The notes: generated by a model not told the origin, from the sequence alone. A stretch of DNA of 64,000 nt from an uncultured Nitrososphaerota archaeon (GCA_963718895.1 CAVRAG010000007.1:480001-544000); one strand, 5' to 3'; shown: positions 33,509 through 42,807, counted from the first letter of the stretch. Program-made: numbers and translations.

Positions 33509-34096
33509 CTATGGGGAAGTGCATGTCGGAGCATAGCTCGCGGTAATGCCGCAGTAGCTCCAGGCGAAGACTGACCCGTTCGTGGCGGGGAGCTGGTCGG
33601 CGCCGGACTGCGCCACCTCCCATCGCGATGCGCTTCCGTAGGTCCAGAGGAACCACGAGCCCGACCGGGAGTTCTGCAGTCCGTCTATGCCGTTGACAAG
33701 ATGCTCTCCGTATTGCGGGTACCACGTATCATTCAGGTTCCCTCCTGTGACCACGACCGTGGCAAGATACGCGTTCCAGCCTGCCTGCACCGCGGTGTCG
33801 TTGTACCACCTCTGCGTCCCGTTGCCGAAGTCGAGTAGAATGTTGATCGTAGCCACGAACCCCCGCGTCCCGGTCGCAGTCGAAGTCACGGTGTTGGTCA
33901 CTCCACCGCTGACCACGGTGGTGGTTGCCGTCTGGACCGTCGCGCTGGAAGCCTGTTTGAGCTCGCCGAGATACAAGTTGGCGTTGTTCTGGGCCTCGTT
34001 GTACTGGTACAGATAGTAGGCTGCGATCGTCGAGGAAATCAGGATTCCGGCCAGAAGCGCCACGATGATGACGGTGAACGTTCTTGAATCTGTCAA
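33509..34096 (-). CDS. Membrane-anchored extracellular protein (DUF4430-like)
   Basis: N-terminal TM, Thr-rich linker, IDFGNG-type motif (LDFGNGT) and LVNGIDG...WFLW. Confidence 0.7.
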   Translation of the reverse strand: MTDSRTFTVIIVALLAGILISSTIAAYYLYQYNEAQNNANLYLGELKQASSATVQTATTTVVSGGVTNTVTSTATGTRGFVATINILLDFGNGTQRWYNDTAVQAGWNAYLATVVVTGGNLNDTWYPQYGEHLVNGIDGLQNSRSGSWFLWTYGSASRWEVAQSGADQLPATNGSVFAWSYCGITASYAPTCTSP

Positions 34097-34163
34097 GCAG
34101 GCTGGATAATCCAGACAGGTCTTTAAACGTTACATAGGACTGCCGCAGGAGACAGGTCCGAAG

Positions 34164-34628
34164 TTGGCCAAGGAAAGACTTCGGATCGCGGATGCCGGCC
34201 ACAAGGGAAAAGGGGTATTCGCGACCGCAAGGATTGAACCGGGCGAGCTCGTCTGGGATTACGACGGTAAGGAACAGTGGATCTCCGAGATTCCTGAAGC
34301 GCTCTGGCAGTTTGCATTTCAAGTCGACTACGACCGGTACATCGTCCCTGAGAGGGAATCTATCGGCTGGTACCTCAACCACTCGTGCGAGCCGAACTGC
34401 GTCATTCTCGGAAGGACCAGGATAGTCGCGCTGAGCACGATAGAACCCGGAGACGAGGTCACATTCGATTACTCGACGAACGTCGGGTGGGACGGATTCA
34501 CGATGGAGTGCAGGTGCGGGGCACCCGGGTGCAGAAAGGTGGTCCGGAGCTACAGATACCTCAGCCCCGAACTGAGAGGGAGGTACGGAGCGTGCGTCTC
34601 GAGATTCCTCCTCCAGAAAGGGAGCTAG
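34164..34628 (+). CDS. SET-domain protein-lysine methyltransferase
   Basis: GKGVFA, YLNHSCEPN, EVTFDY and post-SET CRCGAPGCR motifs. Confidence 0.93.
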   Translation: MAKERLRIADAGHKGKGVFATARIEPGELVWDYDGKEQWISEIPEALWQFAFQVDYDRYIVPERESIGWYLNHSCEPNCVILGRTRIVALSTIEPGDEVTFDYSTNVGWDGFTMECRCGAPGCRKVVRSYRYLSPELRGRYGACVSRFLLQKGS

Positions 34629-34634
34629 CGAATC

Positions 34635-35396
34635 ATGCAGAAGAGAGCACTCTACTCCCAGTTGGCGCCGTACTACGACAGGATATACTGGGGCAAGGAC
34701 TATGGCAGGGAGGTAGAGTTCCTCGTCGAGCTCTTCCGCAGGAACGGGGTGTCTGGAAGACGCCTGTTGGAGGTCGGCTGCGGGACCGGCAACCACACGA
34801 AGCTCTTCGTTCGCCTAGGATATCAGGTGACCGGGGTCGACCTCAGCGAAGACGTCCTGAAGGTCGCGGCGGGGAAGGTGAGGCACGGCGCGAAGTTCAT
34901 CCGCGGCGACATGAGGGACCTCGGCTCCGCGGTCGAGGGGCAGTTTGACGAGGTCGTCTGTCTCTTCAGCACAATCTCCTACAACCTCACGAGGTCAGAC
35001 CTGAAGAAGACTTTGCGCGGCTTCTTTGACCACGTGACCGACGACGGGATCGTCGCTTTCGACACACACTTCACCAAGAAAGGGTTCCTTGACGGATATC
35101 GTGGCGAGGACATCTTCGATGACGGGAAGGTAATCGGCGCCAGGCTCAGCACCTCGAAGCGCCGCGGGGACATCGGAGAAATCTCCTTCACGTACCTGAT
35201 CAAGGACGGCCGAAAAGTGATTACGCTCAGGGATGACGTGCACAAGCTCGGGCTCTTCGTCCCCGAGGACTTCATTGAGGTTCTCAGAGATGTCGGATTC
35301 AAGACGACGGAGGCGTTCTCGGACTGGAAGTTCAGGAGAGGTAGCAACACCGCCCCATTCAAGGATACGATATTCGTGGGTCGCAAGGGCGATTAG
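34635..35396 (+). CDS. Class I SAM-dependent methyltransferase
   Basis: LEVGCGTG, GVDLS and GDMRD motifs. Confidence 0.92.
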   Translation: MQKRALYSQLAPYYDRIYWGKDYGREVEFLVELFRRNGVSGRRLLEVGCGTGNHTKLFVRLGYQVTGVDLSEDVLKVAAGKVRHGAKFIRGDMRDLGSAVEGQFDEVVCLFSTISYNLTRSDLKKTLRGFFDHVTDDGIVAFDTHFTKKGFLDGYRGEDIFDDGKVIGARLSTSKRRGDIGEISFTYLIKDGRKVITLRDDVHKLGLFVPEDFIEVLRDVGFKTTEAFSDWKFRRGSNTAPFKDTIFVGRKGD

Positions 35397-35476
35397 GCGC
35401 TTCCGGGCGGACGACGACCGACTTGCACCGCAATCTGAAACATACCCTTTTTAGCACGAGTCAGGGATTCGAATTC

Positions 35477-36586
35477 ATGATTTGTCAAACTTGCGGGGCG
35501 CAACTGCCCGATGACGCCTCATTCTGCTACAAATGTGGAACCAAGGTCAACGCGCCCGCGAGCGGAGCCCAACCGGCCCAGGTCGGTTCCCCGGCCCCAC
35601 GGCCGTCGGGGGCACCCTCCTCTCAGAAGCAGGGACAGATAATCGCCCCGTCTGGTGTGACTTCGATCAAGTGCCCCAACTGCGGCGCACCGATCTCCCC
35701 CAAGTTCGGCGAGATGGTGATAACCTGCGAGTACTGCGGGAGCGGTATCACCCTTGGGACCCAAGGCTGGAGCAACATACAGAAGCAGACGATGCTCCCT
35801 CTAAAGATCGCAGACGCGGCTGGGGTGGATGCGATCATCAGGCCCCTCATGGACAAAGGGCTCCTGCACAGGCACCTCGAGGAGAACTCCACCCAAGAGG
35901 AGATGAGCCTCTCCTATGTGCCCTACTGGATAGTCAGCGTCTCGGCGCGCACGACGGTCGTCGCGACCAACGAGGCTGCACAGATCGGCCAGACGGCGAC
36001 CACCGCAGCGCTGATGGGCGTCATACTCGGCGGGATGGGCGGCGGTTTCGGCGGAGGCGGCGCGAGGGGCGGAGGGCGCAGGCGCGCCTTCGACCTGGCG
36101 GGGACGGGGATGTCGAGGTTGCTAGGCGGGGGCGTGGCGCTGGGCAGGTTCTCGGCCTTCGGCATGGGGATGGGATACGGCGGAGGTGGGATGAGAAGGA
36201 CGGAGCAGATGGACGCGAACTACAACTTTCCGGTGATTGCACTGAAGGCTCTCACGGAATACCAGCCGCGGGACTATCTGTTCGATCTCGCAGACAGGAC
36301 CCTCTTTGACATCGCGAAGCTTCCGAAGAGCATCAAGATCCTCAACGGGGACATCAGCGAGGATGTCGCAAGGTCACAGGCGAAGACCCTCGTCGACCAG
36401 CTTCAGTCGGCGAAGGCGCACGCGAAGTATCACATGATCCAGCAGATAAACACGCAATCAGACGTCGGGGATGTCGAGCTTCTCCACGCGCCCATCTGGT
36501 TCGCGAGGTTCGATCACAAGGGAAACAAGATCATCCTCGTGGTCGACGCAAATTCAGGCCGGGTAATCAACAGCCTTGGGTTGTAG
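35477..36586 (+). CDS. Zinc-ribbon protein with Gly-rich hydrophobic insert
   Basis: CQTCG...FCYKCG and CPNCG...CEYCG; Gly-rich central segments. Confidence 0.8.
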   Translation: MICQTCGAQLPDDASFCYKCGTKVNAPASGAQPAQVGSPAPRPSGAPSSQKQGQIIAPSGVTSIKCPNCGAPISPKFGEMVITCEYCGSGITLGTQGWSNIQKQTMLPLKIADAAGVDAIIRPLMDKGLLHRHLEENSTQEEMSLSYVPYWIVSVSARTTVVATNEAAQIGQTATTAALMGVILGGMGGGFGGGGARGGGRRRAFDLAGTGMSRLLGGGVALGRFSAFGMGMGYGGGGMRRTEQMDANYNFPVIALKALTEYQPRDYLFDLADRTLFDIAKLPKSIKILNGDISEDVARSQAKTLVDQLQSAKAHAKYHMIQQINTQSDVGDVELLHAPIWFARFDHKGNKIILVVDANSGRVINSLGL

Positions 36587-36702
36587 GGAAGTGTCATGAA
36601 CAGCCCGCGATCGCCCTCTCGCAGGTTCTCGCCGGGCGTGATGGTGGTGTTCACTGTCCGCGACGGCCAGGAGGACCAGCTTCCGACGAAGAGTGGCACT
36701 CG

Positions 36703-37785
36703 ATGAAGGCCTCGAGAATCGCGCTCGTGGTCGCCGTGATCGCTATAGCCACCCTGGTGGGCATCTACGCGTTCGACGCTCTACTCGCGCCCTCGACGAA
36801 GTCGACCAGTTCTCTGTGGAGCGGAGCAGCGGGATATCCCATCCAGGTCAGTGGCACCCCAGGAATTGCAGGAGAGCAGTGCTTCAACAGCACCTCGTAC
36901 ATAGTCTGCATCGGAGGCGGAGACGCCAACGGAGGGCCGCGCAGCGAGGTCTACACCTCCTCGGCCATCTCTCCGTCGTCCACCAACGTCACCTTCTGGA
37001 CGAGGGACACGAATGAGTATCCCCAGAGCATAAACGGGCAGTCGTGCGTGGCTTACTCAGGCTACGTCTATTGCGTCGGGGGAACCTACGATGACGGAGG
37101 AGACGACGTCGCCTCAGGCTACTATGCCCAACTGCGCGGCGACGGTGCCGTCGGTGCGTGGGGCCAAACCACGCCCTTCCCCATCCCCATAGACAGCCAG
37201 TCCTGCGTCGCGTCCTCCGGATACATCTACTGTGTGGGCGGGAACAACGAGACCGATGGCAGCAACGTCGACGCCGCCGAGAGCAGTTCGGTCTGGTACG
37301 CCCAGCTCTCCTCTTCGGGCATAGGCCCATGGAGTGCCTCGACGGCCTACCCAGGGGGCATCTACTTCCCTACGTGCTACACCTCGGACGGATTCATCTA
37401 CTGCGTTGGGGGAGCGGACAGCAACGACAACCCCGTGAACACAGACTTCTTCGCGCCACTCTCCTCCGCGGGCGTGGGAGCATGGACACAGACCACGGCG
37501 TACCCAGTCCAGGCGAGCGGTCAGGCCTGTGTCACCTCCTCAGGCGAAATCTACTGCGTGGGTGGCGAAGGGAGCTTGAACACCTACACTGGCGGAGTCT
37601 ACTATGCTTCGGTATCGTCCGGAGGGATAGGAGCCTGGAAGCAAGCCACAGGGTACCCGATCGAAGTCCAGACTGCCTGCGCAATCTCGTCCGGGCAGAT
37701 CTACTGCGTGGGAGGCTTTGATGCCAGCTCCTCAGGGGAGGACAACTCTGTATACTACGCCTCACTCGCTTCGCTCACGCGCTAG
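36703..37785 (+). CDS. Membrane-anchored six-blade Kelch-like beta-propeller
   Basis: N-terminal signal/TM; six repeats of C-x8-C(V/I)GG; W...YP elements between blades. Confidence 0.8.
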   Translation: MKASRIALVVAVIAIATLVGIYAFDALLAPSTKSTSSLWSGAAGYPIQVSGTPGIAGEQCFNSTSYIVCIGGGDANGGPRSEVYTSSAISPSSTNVTFWTRDTNEYPQSINGQSCVAYSGYVYCVGGTYDDGGDDVASGYYAQLRGDGAVGAWGQTTPFPIPIDSQSCVASSGYIYCVGGNNETDGSNVDAAESSSVWYAQLSSSGIGPWSASTAYPGGIYFPTCYTSDGFIYCVGGADSNDNPVNTDFFAPLSSAGVGAWTQTTAYPVQASGQACVTSSGEIYCVGGEGSLNTYTGGVYYASVSSGGIGAWKQATGYPIEVQTACAISSGQIYCVGGFDASSSGEDNSVYYASLASLTR

Positions 37786-37856
37786 CACCGGGTTCACCCG
37801 GGGCGAGTAAGATGGCGACGATCGAGTCTCGAGGACGGCTCTGGGATGGATGGGAG

Positions 37857-37985
37857 CGGGCCCGGTGGGATTTGAACTCGTGGGCGCTGTAGCGCCTCCC
37901 ACGACATGCTGGTTACTCCCACAAGCTCGCTAAGAGCCAGCCGCTTTGGTCGATGTACTCTCTAACCTGGCTGAGCCACGGGCCC
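37857..37985 (-). tRNA. tRNA-Lys(CTT) with three introns (22/23, 37/38, 53/54)
   Basis: Acceptor stem GGGCCCG/CGGGCCC; removing 37946-37961, 37914-37930 and 37877-37897 gives a standard cloverleaf; each insert has a BHB motif. Confidence 0.9.
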
Positions 37986-38115
37986 GCGGACACGCGGCCG
38001 CACGACTGGCAATTAAAGCGTTGCTGACGGCGGGGGTTCCCGGTTTGAGCCCCTACGGTGAGGCTGAGCACGACGGATTATTAACGACCCGGTCGCAGCG
38101 ACGCCGGAAGAAATC

Positions 38116-39156
38116 TTGGCAAAGCTGACCTTCGTCGGGCTGGGGCTCGGAGATCAGGGGGCGAGCATCGCCGCCGTCAATGCGATCACGGAGTCTGACG
38201 TCGCGTACCTCGAGTACTACACCACACCACACGCGCCTCGCCTCCTCCAGGAATTGGAGCGTGCATCAGGGCACCCCCTCACGGTGGTCGACAGGTCATT
38301 CGTGGAGGACGGGAAACGAATCCTGCGGGAGGCAGCGGAGGGGAAGGTCGTGCTCGCGGTCCAGGGAGACCCCATGATTGCGACGACCCATGGCGATCTG
38401 AGGGTCAGGGCCATCACGAACGGAATTGAGACCTCGGTGATCCACGGGACCACCATCGCTGCGGCGGCTGCGAGCGCCAGCGGCCTGCACTACTACAAGT
38501 TCGGCGCGACCGTGACGTTTACCAAAGACAGCGTAAACTATCACCAGCAGGTCTACTCGAGGGTTCACAAGAACCTGCTCGAGGGATCGCATACGCTGCT
38601 CCTTCTGGAGTTCGACACCGAGAGGGGCGAAGGCGCGAGCCCTGCATCGCTGATGGAAGGCCTCCTCGCCGCGGAGAGGAATTTCAAGAGAGAGGTCATG
38701 AGCGAGCGGACCTTCATGCTCGTGCTGAGCAGGGTGGGCACCGAGGGCGAGAGGGTCCACGCTGGGACGATCGGGGAGCTCCAGACGGTCGAGTATGGTG
38801 AGCCCCCCCACGTCGCGATCGTCCCCGGAAGGCTGCACTTCAGCGAGGCCGAGTCGCTCGCCGCGGTCTGCGGGCGGGCACAGGCGGACATCCCAGACAA
38901 TTCAGCGTCGGTGATGAGGACCGCCCAGGTGCTCGTCCCAAGGTACGCTGAAAAGGCTAAGAAGGCCCTCGGGACTGCGAGGGCCACCTTGAAGGAGGAC
39001 CACGACGAACTCTTCGAGAACAGCGAGCTCTACATCAAGGACGCCGAGAGCTTCCTTGCGAACGGGCAGGACGAGCTAGCGATGCTCAGCGTCGGATATG
39101 CCGAGGGGCTGATTGACGCTCTCACTTTCACCGGGAAGATAAAGCTGGACTGGTAG
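38116..39156 (+). CDS. dph5: Diphthine synthase fused to DUF357
   Basis: FVGLGL, GDPMIATTH, GLHYYKFG and HTLLLL motifs; C-terminal YIKDAESFL...GYAEGLIDA. Confidence 0.92.
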   Translation: MAKLTFVGLGLGDQGASIAAVNAITESDVAYLEYYTTPHAPRLLQELERASGHPLTVVDRSFVEDGKRILREAAEGKVVLAVQGDPMIATTHGDLRVRAITNGIETSVIHGTTIAAAAASASGLHYYKFGATVTFTKDSVNYHQQVYSRVHKNLLEGSHTLLLLEFDTERGEGASPASLMEGLLAAERNFKREVMSERTFMLVLSRVGTEGERVHAGTIGELQTVEYGEPPHVAIVPGRLHFSEAESLAAVCGRAQADIPDNSASVMRTAQVLVPRYAEKAKKALGTARATLKEDHDELFENSELYIKDAESFLANGQDELAMLSVGYAEGLIDALTFTGKIKLDW

Positions 39157-39160
39157 AATC

Positions 39161-39760
39161 ATGAACGGGAAAGATCTCCTGAGGGCGGTGTACGCGACCA
39201 GGCTGCGCGACGGCGCTGCCACCGTGAACGCGCTCTCGATCGTTCTAAGATCGACGCCTGTGGAGGTTCGCGAGCTGCTCGCGAGGGCGTCGGCCGATGG
39301 CACGGTGGAGGTCAGCGACCAGGGGGTGAACCTCACCGCGAAAGGGAGAGGCGAGCTGAAAGTGGTCATGATAGGCGGCGCCTTCGAGATAATACACCCT
39401 GGCCACGTCCACACCATAGAGGAGGCAAAGAGGCTCGGCGACACCCTAGTGGTCGTCGTGGCAGCCGACGGGACAGTTCTGAAGAACAAGGGGCGTGACC
39501 CTGTGACGCCCCAAGAATGGAGGGTCAAGCTCGTTTCTTCGCTGAGGGAGGTCGACGCCGCGCTCCCCGGCGGTCACGGAAGTATCTACGACACTCTGGA
39601 GAAGGTGAGGCCGGACTTCGTGGCCCTGGGATACGACCAGAAGCACAATCCGCAGGACATAGAGAACGAGGCCAGAAGGAGGGGCATGGAGCTGAGCGTC
39701 GTCAGGCTGAACTCGCCCATACCCGGCGTCAAGACCTCGAAGATAGTAAGCACTCTGTGA
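39161..39760 (+). CDS. ribL: FAD synthase (cytidylyltransferase family) with N-terminal wHTH
   Basis: GGAFEIIHPGH, VVVVAAD and ALGYDQ motifs; about 65-aa wHTH-like N-terminus. Confidence 0.8.
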   Translation: MNGKDLLRAVYATRLRDGAATVNALSIVLRSTPVEVRELLARASADGTVEVSDQGVNLTAKGRGELKVVMIGGAFEIIHPGHVHTIEEAKRLGDTLVVVVAADGTVLKNKGRDPVTPQEWRVKLVSSLREVDAALPGGHGSIYDTLEKVRPDFVALGYDQKHNPQDIENEARRRGMELSVVRLNSPIPGVKTSKIVSTL

Positions 39761-39761
39761 G

Positions 39762-40440
39762 CTAGGCGGAGACCGTCACCGTCACCTCGTCGCCCTCCCT
39801 TACCCCTAGGTCCTTCCTGAAGTTGACCGGCGAGATGATCTCCAGGACGCTGTCGTCGTAGTGGGTCCTGTCGATCACGAGCACGGCAGCGGGGATACCT
39901 CCCGTTCACGAGGGCCCTGTAGCACCTCGCTCCGCCGTAGGTGCGCGTCCCGTTCTCGAAGCCCTGTATCCTGAGCCCCTCGCGTGAGCGGAGCTCGCGC
40001 TTCTGCTCCATCTGGATCGGCGACTCGAGCTTCACGTTGAATGTCCCTGGAAACGGGTCGAACCCTAGGACCTTTACGAACTGGCTCTTGTAACCCTCTA
40101 GACCGATGTAGTAAGCTCCCTCGCCGAGACCCTGGAAGACGCGACCCTTGAAGACGACGTCCTTGCCCTTCTCCTCCACAGCGGCCTTCAGCTGTGAGTA
40201 GTGCGAGCGCACAAGATCATAACCCTTCGGGGTGAGCTTGATCGCGAAGCGGAGACCCGCCCTCTTCCTTTCAATCAGGCCCAGCTTCTCGAGCTTCTGG
40301 AGGTGCTGCGAGGCGGCCTGCTGGCTCTGGCCCATCTTGGACGCGAGGTCTTCGGAGGACACATTCACGAACCTTGTGTGTGCCTTCAGCTTCACTAGCT
40401 CAAAGAGCTCCGACATTAGGATTGGGCTAAGCTTCTCCAT
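39762..40440 (-). CDS. ribK: CTP-dependent riboflavin kinase with MarR-type HTH (RbkR-like; frameshift near 39893)
   Basis: SQQAASQHL HTH; GLGEGAYY, PFPGTFN and RTHY...LEII motifs. Confidence 0.92.
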
Positions 40441-40549
40441 ATCAAATCATCTCCGGGGTCTGTCAGAGCAAGCCTTCAGCCCGACGTATAAGACCGTATT
40501 TACACATCTTTGGCCCGGCCTCCGCACCCCAGGAGACGGTCCATGTCGC

Positions 40550-41194
40550 TCACTCTGGGGCATCTTTGTGTCTCCGGATGTCCTTCTGAAGGCTCCGGAT
40601 CGAGGAGAGGAGCGCCTCCCTTCTGGTCTCTTCGGCGATGACGCCACGGGTGTCCTCGGTGATCATCCTCGCCACGTCTATCTTCCTCCGGACCCCATTT
40701 ACCACGTTGTCGAAGACGGCGAAAGGCGAGAGGTGGGCGTAGAGCTCCTCGATGGCGGCGAAGTACTCTTTGGTCTTCTTCGTCCTGCCCTCGGTTATCG
40801 TCACGAGCAGGAGCCTTTTCAGTTCCCCGACAGTGTCCAAGAGACCCAGGAGATAGGCCTCGTCGGAGACTCCGAGTGCGTGAGGATCCTTGAATGGCCT
40901 CCCCAGAACTATCGACTCGACGGTCGAGGCCTCCACGAACTCGGTCTCCGGGGAGATCAGGTACCGCGAGAGGTTGCCCAGCCCGTCCTTCCTGAGGCCC
41001 TTGAGCACCTTCTCGGCGTCGGCTATCTCGCCGTGCGCCTCCTTGGTCTTCCCAGAATGAAGGTGGACGATCGCCCTTGAGCAGGAGAGGATCACGTCCC
41101 TGCTCTCCTTGAGGATTCGTTCTCTGCGGTCGAGTGTCAGCTGCAGGTTTCCCTGTATCCTGTCGAGGGAGCCTTCAACGCTCTTGAGGTCCAT
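40550..41194 (-). CDS. Translin/Trax-family protein
   Basis: RERILKESRD, EFVEA and YLLGLLDTVGELKR motifs. Confidence 0.9.
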   Translation of the reverse strand: MDLKSVEGSLDRIQGNLQLTLDRRERILKESRDVILSCSRAIVHLHSGKTKEAHGEIADAEKVLKGLRKDGLGNLSRYLISPETEFVEASTVESIVLGRPFKDPHALGVSDEAYLLGLLDTVGELKRLLLVTITEGRTKKTKEYFAAIEELYAHLSPFAVFDNVVNGVRRKIDVARMITEDTRGVIAEETRREALLSSIRSLQKDIRRHKDAPE

Positions 41195-41403
41195 GGACGT
41201 TCACCCCGGTCCGCAGGTGCCACGACATAAGCTTACTCAGTGGGAAAGAACCTATCTATCAACAGAAAGACCACCGGGCGGGGCAAGCGTGGTAAGCCGC
41301 TATCAACTCGTGAGGACAGCGCACCCTCCTCTCTCCTCTGCCTCGCGGACCATAACGGTGAAGAGGGAAGAGCCGCGTCTCCCACCCGGAAGGCCCGTCA
41401 AGA

Positions 41404-41703
41404 TTGGTTAACCGACTCTACAACAGAGGTCGCGCGAAGGAGTACAGGTGCATGGAGATTCTTAGGGCCGAGGGATGGGTGGTCGGCAGGAGCGCGGCCT
41501 CCCACAGCCCGGTCGACCTTTTCGCCGCGAAGGAGGGCAAGGTGCTGCTCGTCCAGGTCAAGAGCGGGAAGGCCCGCATAAAGAGCGAAGAGCTGAGGGA
41601 ATTAGTTAAATGGGCTGAGGCGTTCGACGCAGACGCTGAAGTTTGGCATTTCAAGGAGAAAGGGAATCTCCAGAAGAGGCGCGTTTCGAGGGCCCGAGGG
41701 TGA
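41404..41703 (+). CDS. hjc: Archaeal Holliday junction resolvase
   Basis: RGRAKEY, RSAAS..PVDLFA and LVQVKS motifs. Confidence 0.85.
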   Translation: MVNRLYNRGRAKEYRCMEILRAEGWVVGRSAASHSPVDLFAAKEGKVLLVQVKSGKARIKSEELRELVKWAEAFDADAEVWHFKEKGNLQKRRVSRARG

Positions 41704-41707
41704 GACT

Positions 41708-41851
41708 TTGGAAGTGAGGTGCTATCTCTGCGACGAAGAACTCGACAAGGACGCCAAACCGTTCAGGGTGGGGATTAAGGAGGAGTTGGTCTGCAACGAG
41801 TGCTACCAGAAGACGATGAACCGGCGAAGAGCTCTCGACAAGTCAAAGTAG
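41708..41851 (+). CDS. 47-aa zinc-finger microprotein (missing from the ORF track)
   Basis: MEVRCYLCDEELDKDAKPFRVGIKEELVCNECYQKTMNRRRALDKSK; two CxxC motifs; 4 nt after hjc. Confidence 0.75.
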   Translation: MEVRCYLCDEELDKDAKPFRVGIKEELVCNECYQKTMNRRRALDKSK

Positions 41852-41877
41852 CCCGGCCCACCTATTGCGGCGACCTC

Positions 41878-42261
41878 CTAGGAACGGTTCAGGAGGCTGC
41901 GTAGCTGTGCTTCAGTTCGTCGATAATCTGGAGGCATTTCAGTATCGATTCTTCGTCCTCTCCCTGCTCGTGACAGGAAAGGGCCTTTTCGTACTGCTCG
42001 AGCGCCATCAGGGCGTTGATCGAGCTCGGATCCCGTCTCGGAGAGGGAAAGAAGCCCGGCCATCTCGTACCACTCTGCCGCCTGCTCGTAGTCGTTCAGG
42101 TTCTCGAAGCAGCTCGCTATCCATTCGCAGAGCTGGACCTTGTGTTCGGACGACTGCAGCCTCTGGAACTCCTGCTTCAGAACGGAGACAGCGGTGGCGC
42201 GTTCGCCGCTCCTCGCCAGGTCGAAGACCTCGGATACGCTCACCATCGCTCCATCAACCAT
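41878..42261 (-). CDS. TPR-like helical protein (probable frameshift)
   Basis: WIASCFENLNDYEQAAEWYEMAG TPR pattern. Confidence 0.65.
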   Translation of the reverse strand: MVDGAMVSVSEVFDLARSGERATAVSVLKQEFQRLQSSEHKVQLCEWIASCFENLNDYEQAAEWYEMAGLLSLSETGSELDQRPDGARAVRKGPFLSRAGRGRRIDTEMPPDYRRTEAQLRSLLNRS

Positions 42262-42306
42262 CCCCCCGGTTAATAGAGGAATGCTCTACATTTGTTGAGC
42301 CGATAA

Positions 42307-42807
42307 TCAAACTCCCAATCTCCGAATCTCGGCCCTTTCAACCTCTCTCAGCTTCCGACGGGTCTCCGCCTCTCGGTACCGTCTCTTCTCGTCGGCGGTC
42401 ACGGGCACCACTGGTTCCACGGGCGTCGGCTTCCCGTGGTCATCGATGGCCACATAGGTCAGGAAGCATGACCCCACGTGTGTGGACTTTCCCGACAGCA
42501 GATTCTCCGCCTCCATCCTGACCCCGACCTCCATCGACGTCCTCCCGACGTAGTTTATCGAGGCCTTCATCACGAGAAGGTCGCCGAGGTAGACGGGCGC
42601 GATGAAGTTCATGCGGTCTATCGAGGCCGTGACTACCGGCTTCTTGGCGTGTCGGAACGCGGTCACGGCTGCGATCTCGTCCATGTACTTCATAATGGCG
42701 CCGCCGAAGACGTTCCCCCGGATGTTCGCGTCGGCGGGCATCATTATCCGGACCGAGGTCGTGGTGGACTCGGAGACGGGTCTACCCGCCTGCTTGCTCT
42801 CTGGCAT
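42307..42807 (-). CDS. Acyl-CoA thioesterase (YciA-like hotdog fold)
   Basis: DANIRGNVFGG, VVTASID and GRTSMEV motifs. Confidence 0.93.
   Translation of the reverse strand: MPESKQAGRPVSESTTTSVRIMMPADANIRGNVFGGAIMKYMDEIAAVTAFRHAKKPVVTASIDRMNFIAPVYLGDLLVMKASINYVGRTSMEVGVRMEAENLLSGKSTHVGSCFLTYVAIDDHGKPTPVEPVVPVTADEKRRYREAETRRKLREVERAEIRRLGV

Noticed and set aside
33509-37856. Genomic island at the tRNA-Lys 3' end
   Set aside because: Genes look accessory, but no integrase or direct repeat of the tRNA end was found
41358-41380. GGGAAGAGCCG complementary to a 23S peptidyl-transferase-region sequence, after a C-box-like GTGAAGA
   Set aside because: No D box (CTGA) follows the putative guide; the match may be chance
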